64,000 bases of DNA from Octopus sinensis (Eukaryota), in the NCBI RefSeq assembly GCF_006345805.1, contig NC_043008.1, positions 43,276,001 through 43,340,000 on the forward strand. Reading direction: 5' to 3'. The notes under the pieces are model-generated. The model was not told where the DNA came from. It saw nothing but the letters and a program-made list of their open reading frames with translations, and ran no database searches. Positions 54,546 through 64,000 of this stretch are shown here, piece after piece. The translations under genes and the position numbers were made by a program. Each line of letters begins with the position of its first letter. Within the stretch, counting starts at the first letter, position 1.

Positions 54546-56309
54546 ATATTATAATCAGAAATTTTAAGAAATGGTTTTGTTGTAAGGTCAGAGTTGATTC
54601 CTGGTTCTGATTTTGTTTCTTCATTGACCGTTTTCGAAATAAACGGAAGTGCAAAGACTAACAGTAATAAGAATTGTATAAAAGCTACAAACGAACGATA
54701 TAAAAAGTCTGCTCGGGTAATCGTTTCTGATTAAGGAAGATTTTTGATATCATTTTATAATACATTATTCTTATTACTGTTAATATCTGAACGAATTAAT
54801 GAAATTAACCAACAAATCAATAATTATGTTCTCTCATTTACCTGTATTTACTTAATTAATTCAAAATTGGAAATGTCTTCTGCTTGGAATCTGAAATAAT
54901 CACAGGAACGGAATTTTCATGGGAAATGGTTATCATTATGATTTCGGGAAATTTAGCAATCAAATACAATATTGTAAAATTATTCCTTTTTCTTGCCGTA
55001 AATCATTGCGAGTTAGCAGTTGAAAGATCAGTACTCGTGGTGTTCTTCCCGTATCTCTTGATTATTAGATTTATCGATGGAAATAAAATTAGTAAAATTA
55101 ATTAAAAACAAATTGATGAACGACCAACGGTTCCTTCATATTTGTGCTGAAATCGGCAGAATATATGTTACAAATTTTGGCATAGGGCCAAGAAATTTGG
55201 TGAGAGAGAGTGAGAGAGTTAATCGATAGAATCGATCGAGCCCACTGCTTAAATGGTTCCTATTTCATCGACCCGCCCCCTCGACCAAAGTCAGCCTTGG
55301 GGGAATTTGAACTCACGACGTAAAGATGTCAGCAGCGAGCTGGCAGAATCGCGAACGCGTCGGAATCAACAGAATAATGAAAAAGGATCGTTTCTCACAC
55401 GGTTGAGTAATATTTATTCTTTTACTATAACAAAACATTACAGAATATAAAAAAAAATACGCCTGACAGATGAGGTCGGCATCGGTTGATAATTAAAACT
55501 CTGAGTATCAACAATGGTGACCGGAATGTCTGTGTCATTTAATTAACGTCAGTTTCTTTTCTACCATTCGCGAAGGGAAGCAAATTTTGGGACGACGAAA
55601 CGATAACAATTGCGAAGGAAATGAACGAATAAATTAGTTTGAAACCGACAATGTTAGATTCATTTTATATTTCTTTATTGTCTGCAAGGAGCTAAACATG
55701 GAGGGGGATTTGAACTCAGAATGTAACAGCAGACGAAATACCTATTTATTTACAACACACAAGGGCCTAAACACAGAGGACAAACAAGGACAGACAAATG
55801 GATTAAGTCGATTACATCGACCCCAGTGCGTAACTGGTACTTATTTAATCGACCCCGAAAGGATGAAAGGCAAAGTCGACCTCGGCGGAATTTGAACTCA
55901 GAATATAACGGCAGACGAAATACCACAAAGCATTTCGCCCGGCGTGCTAACGTTTCTGCCAGCTCGCAGCCTTAAGTTTAAATTCATTTTAGTCTCGCTT
56001 TAAAGCGAATTTAACGCTGGATCTGCGACTGGATTCGATCTCACCAGATTTATTTTGTACTTAATCATTCACAGGTTAATAGAAGATACCCGCATATATT
56101 AGATCCGTGCGGTTATATCCAGGGGTGAACTCTGGACAAACGGTTTGCTGAGATCAAAGTATTTTCAGCACAGCTTCTGTAGAAACGATTCTGAATTTGG
56201 CGAAAATAACATCAATTCATTCAATAATATCTTTCTAAGAATATCTCTTTAATAAAATTATATCAAAATAAAGGGAAAACTGGAGTAAAAGGGAGAGTGC
56301 GAGAGAACC

Positions 56310-56676
56310 GATCTCGATTGGAAAACCGCTAAGAACCGCACGTTTGGCCAACTGCTAGCTATTTTATCGATCGTATTTGGCGAAATACTAAGTTATTTTA
56401 TCGCTCTCCTTTGGCGAACCACTAGTGTTATTTTATCGATCACGTTTGGTGAACCATTATGTTATTTTATCGATCTCCTTTTGCGGACTCGATTAGCTAA
56501 CGGCAATCGATCAAGTTTGGCGATCCGCTAGATTATTTTATCGATCTTGATTGGCGAACGGCTAAATTATTTTATCGAACTTGTTTGGCGAACCGCTAGA
56601 TTATTTTATCGATCTCGATTGGCTAACCGCTAAGTTATTTTATCGACCACATTTGGTGAACTGGTAAGTTATTTTA
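56310..56676. repeat. 34-bp minisatellite, ~10-11 units, derived from SINE family A sequence
   Basis: Consensus TTTGGCGAACCGCTAAGTTATTTTATCGATCTCG; compare the SINE minus-strand segment attctatcggtctcttttgccgaaccgctaagtta. Confidence 0.9.
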
Positions 56677-56826
56677 GTCTTTTACTTGTTTCAGTCATTT
56701 GACTGTCGCCATGCTGGAGCAGCGCCTTTAGTCAAGCAAATCGACCCCAGGACTTATTCTTTGTAAGCCTAGTAATTATTCTATCGGTCTATCGGTTGTC
56801 AAGCGATGTTGGGGGCACAACCACAG

Positions 56827-56861
<35 letters not shown>

Positions 56862-56939
56862 CACATACATGTATACCACTGGCTTGTTTAATAAATATAT
56901 ATACATATTAGCGTCTATGCACCCGCTTGTGTGAGTATT

Positions 56940-57006
<67 letters not shown>

Positions 57007-57318
57007 CATGTATGTACATCTGTTTGAGTGTATAGATACAATATACATACATATATACATACTTGCACGCATACATACATACATACATACATACATACAT
57101 ACACACACACATCACACACACACATCACACACACATATATATGTATATTTGTATGTATGTATGTTTGTATGTATGTATGTATATGTACATATATATGTAG
57201 TAGTAATAATAATAATATTAATCCATGGATGGAATTTATAAATATTCTAATGCATCGCTATTATTATTATTGTTGTTGCTTTTGTTGTTGTTATTGTTAC
57301 ACACACACACGCATATAC

Positions 57319-57719
57319 ATATAGGTGCAGAGGTGGCTGTGTCATTAAGTAGCTTGCTTACCAACCACATAGTTCCGGGTTCAGTCCCATTGCGTGGCAC
57401 CTTGGGCAAGTGTCTTCTACTATAGCCCCGGGCCGACCAAAGTCTTGTGAGTGGATTTGGTAGATGGAAACTGAAAGAAGACAATCATGTGTGTGCGTGT
57501 GTGTGTGTTTGTGTGTCTGTGTTTTTCCCCCGAACATCGCTTGACAACCGTTGCTAGTGAGTTTACGTTCCTGTAGTATAGCGGTTCGGCAAAAGCGCAG
57601 ATAGAATAAGTACTGGGCTTACAAAGAATAAGTTCTGGGGTCGATTTGTTCGACTAAAGGCGGTGCTCCAGCATGGCTGCAGTCAAAATGACTGAAACAA
57701 ATAAAAGAATAAAAGAATA
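57319..57719 (+). mobile_element. Full-length SINE family A
   Basis: Head, CORE-like segment, central (TG) tract, 3' half and (AAAAGAAT)2 tail. Confidence 0.92.
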
Positions 57720-58480
57720 CATACATGTAAATACGTGTGTGTGTGCACGCGCTTGTGTGTGTATGTATGTATGTATGTATCTCTGTCTATCTGTCTCTCT
57801 CTGTATATATATATATCTTCGCGACGACGGTGTCTAATGTAAATGAAGTGGAGTACTCTAACTAATGTATTGAGTCCACCCGTCAATTATATTCTACGCG
57901 AACATTGCTCTCAGTTGAGCATCTTATTTATACAATATTCATAGTATATATCAACGTGAAATGAAGGCTTTGAGATGTTATGTTACAGTATTTATTCCTT
58001 CTCGAATGAAGTGAATTGGAAAAGTAGGCGACGTTCACAAAAGCAAAATCAACGTCGTCTAAAATTCATAGCATCATAGACTGCAAGATGTAGCAAGGGA
58101 GAGCACTTCGGAAGTTGAGAATGCAGTTATTTTCCTTCCAAGAAACAGGTTGGAAACACCATCGTGTTTATTTGAAGGGGAACTAAAATTCATTTAATAA
58201 GGATTAATTTGAGAAGATAAGGTATTCATACCTTTCCCAACAGATTTTCAAAAACATTAAATACAGTGAAATGGAAACCAGCCTTATGGTTCTCTATTAT
58301 ATGTCAGGTTTTATATTAAACCCGTAACAAATTCTTCACCTATATTTGTTTGAAGGGTTAGCTTTCTTGAATTTGTACTGTATGTCTGTCTGTCTTTCAC
58401 GCGCACGCGTGCACTCGTGCGCGTGTATCATCATTCCACCCTTTTATATTCAAACTAGCATCCACATCTTTCTTGTTATA

Positions 58481-58526
58481 GACACAACGTTTCAGCTGTT
58501 GTACACTCCGGCCGTTTTCAGGTGTC
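58481..58526 (-). ncRNA. Degenerate minimal hammerhead motif (Penelope-type)
   Basis: Minus strand GACAC-CTGAAAA-cggc...agct-GAAAC-GT-T-GTGTC. Stem I is a perfect 5 bp and stem III is palindromic AACGTT, but core G8 is changed to A. Confidence 0.5.
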
Positions 58527-59010
58527 TTTCGTATTCTGCAAAGATCTCTAGGAATTCCAAGTAGAATCCTTTACTAATCTCTCGTGGGATTCAGTTGTCT
58601 TTTCCTAATCCATATCAGGGATATTCTCCGTATTAGTAGTTTATTCGAAAACAATTTCTACGCCTTGGTGAAGGCGGAGGTAATGATAATAATCAATGGC
58701 AATTAAGACCAGTTCCACTTGAGAAGGGAAGGCAATCTCAAGAATCAAGAATTCTCTCACATTGACTTAATGTTACGGTAGAGGACAAGTTTATTGACTG
58801 GAGATTAGGGGACATTCTGGGACAGGTGTTTCTGGCTCAGTAGCTTTTGGCAGCAGAGCAATCCAAGAAGTTATCCAGCTAAGGTAATTAGTATAAGTGA
58901 AGCAAAGACGAGGTGAGAGAAGTAACTGAGAGTGGCCCGTGGCATGCTTTTGAATGATATCGACAAATACAGGTCTATCAAATACCGTGCAATATAAGCT
59001 CGTGATTTAC

Positions 59011-59950
59011 AAGGCGGCGAGCTGGCTGAATCGTTAGCGCGCCGGGCGAAATGCTTACCGGTATTTCGTCTGTCTTTATGTTCTGAGTTCAAATTCCACC
59101 GAGGTCGACTTTGCCTTTCATCCATTCGGGGTCGATTAAATAAGTACCAGTTACGCACTGGGGTCGACATAATCGACTTGATCCGTTTGTCTGTCCTTGT
59201 TTGTTCTCTCTGTGTTTAGCCCCTTGTGGGTAGTAAAGAAACAGGTATTTCGTCTGCCGCTACGTTCTGAGTTCAAATTCCGCCGAGGTCGACTTTGCCT
59301 TTCATCCATTCGGGGTCGATTAAATAAGTACCAGTTACGCACTGCGGTCGACATAATCGACTTGATCCGTTTGTCTGTCCTTGTTTGTTCTCTCTGTGTT
59401 TAGCCCCTTGTGGGTAGTAAAGAAACAGGTATTTCGTCTGCCGCTACGTTCTGAGTTCAAATTCCGCCGAGGTCGACTTTGCCTTTCATCCATTCGGGGT
59501 CGATTAAATAAGTACCAGTTACGCACTGGGGTCGACATAATCGACTTGATCCGTTTGTCTGTCCTTGTTTGTTCTCTCTGTGTTTAGCCCCTTGTGGGTA
59601 GTAAAGAAATAGGTATTTCGTCTGCCGCTACGTTCTGAGTTCAAATTCCGCCGAGGTCGACTTTGCCTTTCATCCATTCGGGGTCGATTAAATAAGTACC
59701 AGTTACGCACTGCGGTCGACATAATCGACTTGATCCGTTTGTTCTCTCTGTGTTTAGCCCCTTGTGGGTAGTAAAGAAATACGTATTTCGTCTGTCTTTA
59801 CCTTCTGAGTTCAAATTCCGCCGAGGTCGACTTTGCCTTTCATCCTCTCTGGGTCGACAAATTAAATACCAATTGCGTACTGGGATCGATCTAATCGCCT
59901 GGCCTCGTCCCCCCAAATTTCGGGCCTTGTGCCTTGAGTAGAAAAGAATA
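59011..59950 (+). repeat. Tandem array of a 184-bp SINE-B-derived unit
   Basis: One SINE head at 59011; units start at 59060, 59244, 59428, 59612 and 59782 (last spacing 170 because of a 14-bp deletion); a normal SINE tail ends the array. Confidence 0.95.
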
Positions 59951-60472
59951 TAAACTCTTGATTAATTAGAATTATTGTCAGCTAATTACCAAAAAGCAAT
60001 TAAGACCAGCTCCATTAGTAATTATTATATTATTTTGTAGTTTATGTATTTATTTTATGATTGTTAAACTTGAAATGCAATGGCGACAAATTTATCGGCG
60101 ACGTAATTAACTTGTGATGAAATTATGAAATGCAAAATATATCAAGTGATGTAATTAATGTACAGATAATTTATACCGATGATTATGCAAAACAAGTAAA
60201 GAATGAATATCCAACACTACTGGGATCGATTAATTCAGCTAAACCCTTCAGCGTGGCCGCAATCCAATGAGTGAAACAAGTCAAAGAGAAATATACATAA
60301 ATAAATAAAGATTATGTATGACTCTTTTAAAAAAAAAAGTTGATATCAATTGCATCTGATGTAACAACGGCAGTGGTCTGAAGACATTAAACTATAACCC
60401 TAACTAATCTGGAAGAATAAACGACAAAAGCTCAATAAATCATTCCTATTGGTACTATTTAAGAAGAGTGGT

Positions 60473-60748
60473 CCCGGCGCGCGCCCTCGCGTACTCGCGC
60501 TAGCTAGTCATGACTAGTGGATCCTACAATGACTACCTTGGAAGAGGTACCGCTTATTTTTAAATGGCTACAGTTTGTGAGCTGAAACTAGATAAAAATA
60601 AAAAATAAAAATAAATAAAAAATGTTTTTAAACAAAGTAAATAAAACACAAAAACACAAAGTAAGGATCGACTCGTACCCCTATTTTTATTTTTGGAAGA
60701 AAAAAAAGATAAATAATAAATGAGTGGAAATTGAACCGGTGTGTATGC

Positions 60749-60797
<49 letters not shown>

Positions 60798-60931
60798 CCA
60801 TGGATACATTAGAAACATTAGAACAGTCTAACTCTCCTCACAACGGTATTGTTCGTGTTACGCTCTTCTGTCAAAATTTCCTAAGTCAACAAGAGTGATC
60901 TCCCTTGTCGGTTTAATTCAAATATTTAAAA
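60473..60931 (+). promoter_or_regulatory. Putative ppih promoter/5'UTR
   Basis: CpG-rich palindromic cluster 60473-60524, (GC)8 at 60747-60762 followed by (TG)n, and an X-box-like GTTACCCATGGATAC at 60793-60807, all directly upstream of the ATG. Confidence 0.5.
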
Positions 60932-60991
60932 ATGACGGCTTCCAACCCCGCGAACCCGGTTGTCTTCTTCGACATCACAATAGGAACCACG
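60932..60991 (+). CDS. ppih: Peptidyl-prolyl cis-trans isomerase H (cyclophilin H, U4/U6 snRNP), coding exon 1
   Basis: AAAAATG context; ATG ACG GCT TCC AAC CCC GCG AAC CCG GTT GTC TTC TTC GAC ATC ACA ATA GGA ACC ACG = MTASNPANPVVFFDITIGTT, then a consensus donor GTGAGT (60992). It matches the PPIH N-terminus (human ...SPVNPVVFFDVSIGGQ|EVGRM). Exon 2 was not found within the window. Confidence 0.85.
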
Positions 60992-62024
60992 GTGAGTAGG
61001 GAAAAACTAAACCAATCCACTATTTCTCGTCCCCTGGGTCGTCTGCCTATCGTATTTAGCAAGTTATTTATATGTATATCTTCATCGTAGATTACCGGCG
61101 AAGCGTTTCAGAAACCGGTCGAATGAATGAAGAGAAAATGGACAAAAGTAATACATGAGGCAGTTTTATAATAATAATAACAATAATTGTGTACAGTGCT
61201 CAGGTGCACTACAACTCATCTAAAGTGTATATATAATCAGGTGTAGTTTCGGCGGATTTCGGAAAGCATGAGGGCCTTAAAGGATGCAGTGTCATGGCAG
61301 TCAACAACTGACGCATGGTCTGAGTTATTGTGTAGTGTAACTTTAAAGGATTTTGTTGTGAACTGCAATTCTATATATATATACGTGTGTGTGTGTGTGT
61401 TTATGCATATTTTTGGTGAACAACATGTATCTGTTTCTTTACTACCTACAAGGGGCTAAACACAGAGGGGACAAACAAGGACAGACAAAGAGATTAAATC
61501 GATTACATCAACCCTTAATTTATCCATCCCGAAAGAATCAAAGGCAAAGTCGACCTCGGCGTAATTTGAACTCCGGCAGACGAAATACTGCTAAGCATTT
61601 CGTCCGGCGTGCTAACGATTCTGCCAACACGCTGCCTTATATTTTTGGTAAACTACATGTACCAACATCCTGCTGGGTCTCCGAGATCCTTGACACGGCT
61701 CTTGGACTTCCTTCACTTTAAGTTTCTCTGTCGTTTGTCCTCTCTGTAACTTCGATCTATTAATATAAACATCTTATTTATTAATTCTTAAATATTCATC
61801 GTCTGAAAATCTTTGTTTTCTTCCTGTTTACATGGAAACACAAATATAGAAGTCGTGTATGAAACCCAGCTGTTATATTTCATTTCTTTATCCGCGTAAT
61901 TGTCTCTACTTACGTATATGTGGGTGTTTGTGATAGTAATTTTTTTATAAGTCAAAGCAATGCAATTCATAAAAATAAGACATGCTGATAGTTTCACTAG
62001 GGCATTATTATTATTATTGTTATG

Positions 62025-62290
62025 CTCTGAGTTCTATTTTCATGTTTTCGGGGTCGATAAATTAAGTACTAGTTATGTACTGGGGTCAATGTGATCGATT
62101 CCCCCCCCAAAAAAAATTTCGGGCCTTGTGCCTAGAGTAGAAAAGATTATTATTATACTCTGATTTCTATTTTCATATTTTGGGAGGTTGATAAATTAAG
62201 TACCAGTTGCGTGCTGGGGTTGATGTAATTGGTTGGCCCCCTTCCCCAAAATTTCGGGTTTGTGCCTAGAGTAGAAAAGATTATTATTAT
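62025..62290 (+). repeat. 133-bp tandem duplication of a 5'-truncated SINE-B 3' half
   Basis: Units start at 62025 and 62158, share the same truncation junction (ctctga.ttctattttcat) and both end in gtagaaaagattattatt. Confidence 0.8.
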
Positions 62291-62476
62291 TATTATTATT
62301 TCGATTGCATTTTATAACTTCACATTTTTATGCTTTTCAAGCAGTTGCTGATTGCCCGAAACTCGATAAATCCTGAAACCAGTTTTTATACCTGTAATTT
62401 ATACCTTAAAAAACATTGATTACCAAATAAATCTATAAACCAGCTTCATACTCTGTGCCTTTGAATATGTTTAGAC

Positions 62477-62971
62477 CAGGGGTCACCAGACTATGGCCTG
62501 TGAAGTCAGTTCATCCAGAATGCTGTCACACTGTATTTCTTGTGAGTACCTGCAATGAGAGTTCATTTGCCTCTGGTATGGCATCAGTGTTTGGAACATC
62601 TTGTGTCTGTGAGTCAGCATTTAAAAAAATGAAGAATCTGAAGTCAGCCCATCGAACGGGGTTGACTGAGGAACATTTGAAAGCAATTCTCGGGGTTGGA
62701 TGCAGCAATTCCAGAGCAAATATTGATGATATCTTAAAAGCTAAACACCAGTTTCACAAATCTCACCAACCTTTTTTGCTGCTTAGTTTGTGAGATTCGG
62801 ATAAATTATTGCTAACGTCGCCTTCTTTGATAACTTTTTGGTAAATAAATATGCTGGTTGTCTTTATTTTTTCTGTATTCACTGTATTGTATTGAAGAAA
62901 ACGGTTGTTCGGCCTGCAATCATCATTCTCTCTGTTATCTGGCCTATTGTGAAACAAGTTTGGTGACCCTG
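62477..62971 (+). mobile_element. Non-autonomous hAT (Charlie/SPIN-like) element in ppih intron 1
   Basis: TIRs CAGGGGTCACCAGACT (62477) and AGTTTGGTGACCCTG (62957-62971); 8-bp TSD GTTTAGAC/GTTTAGAT. Internal ORF remnant SVFGTSCVCESAFKKMKNLKSAHRTGLTEEHLKAIL corresponds to the hAT C-terminal dimerisation domain. Confidence 0.92.
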
Positions 62972-64000
62972 GTTTAGATTAAGAGATCTCTCACTTGACA
63001 ACAGGAAGGGCATCTGGTTGTAAAAACAGTGTCTCAATACTATACTTGTCTAACCCATGCTAACGTAGAAAAATGGACATAAAATATATGAGTGAATGTA
63101 GGTGATGATGGCTATGTATTTAAAAAGTTTGCTCATGTAAGCTTGTGGTTTTGAGTTCAGATCTGTAGTAAATCCTTTCTGTTTCAGGCTAGGACTATAG
63201 AAAACCCTTGCTCACAGTGTAGGACATCATGGTCCAAGTTTTTCTATAATCCTGACCAAACCAATGAGTTGTGAATAAAATTTGTCAGATGGAAACTACA
63301 TATATTAGTCAATCACATTGTACAGTAAGATCCATGAAGGTAGCGTCCGAGAGGTATAAAATTCCGATGTTGATCCAGGTGGAGTGGTGGTGAAGTAGAG
63401 GAGACAAAGGTTGAAGAGAGGAGGAAGTTCAGTTAAATAGGATCAAATTGGGGTGACCACATGAGCCTATATTATATGGGGTTCGAAAATGTACAAAAGA
63501 AAAAGATGGGGTGGGGAGAACAACAAACAAGGTTCTATTAGTTTGGAAGAGCCTTGAGTGTTTTGAGCCTCGGGCTCAAAGCATTCAAGATTTCCTTTTT
63601 TTTCCTGAATATCAAACTAATACACCATGTTTATTGTTCTCCCCCACCCCATCTCTGTCTTTTGTAGTTTATACAGTTTTGAACCACACACACAGATATA
63701 TATTATTGTATCTGGGGAGGGTCATTCTCTTTTAGGGCCTTATTAATTAACACACTCACTGGTTCAATTTCCGTTCATTTACTTATTTATTTTTTCTAAA
63801 ATTTTCATTGCATTTTAGTAAAAAATGAATATGTAAATGAGTAGAAATCGAACCTGTGAGTGTGTTAAGTAACAAGGCACTGAAAGAAAATGACTTTCCC
63901 CAGACAATACACGAATTCACACAAATAATCTTGTAAACCAAATACAAAAACGAAATATATATATATAATGTGGGTGGGTCTTTATGTTCAGCAAGTGGCA

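Noticed and set aside
56310-56676. CRISPR-like appearance of the 34-bp repeats (and of the 184-bp array)
   Set aside because: Units are contiguous with no unique spacers, they derive from a SINE, there are no cas genes and the context is eukaryotic.
60513-60524. ACTAGTGGATCC, matching a cloning-vector polylinker (SpeI-BamHI)
   Set aside because: Only 12 bp match and the flanks are not vector; best explained as chance within a palindrome-rich CpG cluster.
60529-60552. Possible upstream mini-exon ATG...MTTLEE|GTACCG
   Set aside because: Weak donor, no recognisable homology, and ppih has its own ATG at 60932.
61075-61125. GAAACCGGTC (and similar at 1040-1065, 32235-32270, 45409-45430) as hammerheads
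   Set aside because: Each lacks either the CUGANGA core, the GAAA or a formable stem II; at most they are decayed relics.
60992-64000. Search for ppih exon 2 (EIGRMKxELF...)
   Set aside because: No matching sequence in any frame that I could find; it presumably lies beyond the window.

Overview
Repeat-saturated, AT-rich eukaryotic DNA. The SINE families and the density of microsatellites point to an Octopus (cephalopod) genome, which is an inference from recognised repeats. The only host gene I can support is coding exon 1 of cyclophilin H (ppih; MTASNPANPVVFFDITIGTT, 60932-60991, +), with a CpG-rich promoter region upstream and intron 1 running off the right edge. The preceding ~60 kb has no recognisable protein-coding exon. 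It contains a full-length ~3.95 kb R4/Dong-type non-LTR retrotransposon (9691-13640, -) inserted in a (TAA)n array, plus at least six truncated R4-type fragments. It also holds a CR1/L2 fragment, a non-autonomous Helitron, mariner/Tc1 and hAT-Charlie relics, MITE-like palindromes, dozens of tRNA-derived SINEs and very long microsatellites. The most interesting structures are: (1) minimal hammerhead-ribozyme motifs of Penelope-element type, one with an intact core; (2) several independent ways in which SINE sequence has been re-amplified (184-bp tandem array, 34-bp minisatellite, 20-bp head array, near-perfect inverted pair); (3) an inverted mariner fusion joined by microhomology; and (4) microsatellite targeting by R4/Dong elements. 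Almost all ORFs in the supplied track are microsatellite artefacts. There is no CRISPR array, rRNA or true tRNA. I did not find a convincing wholly new biological system. Coordinates of degenerate repeats are approximate (about +/-10-20 bp).
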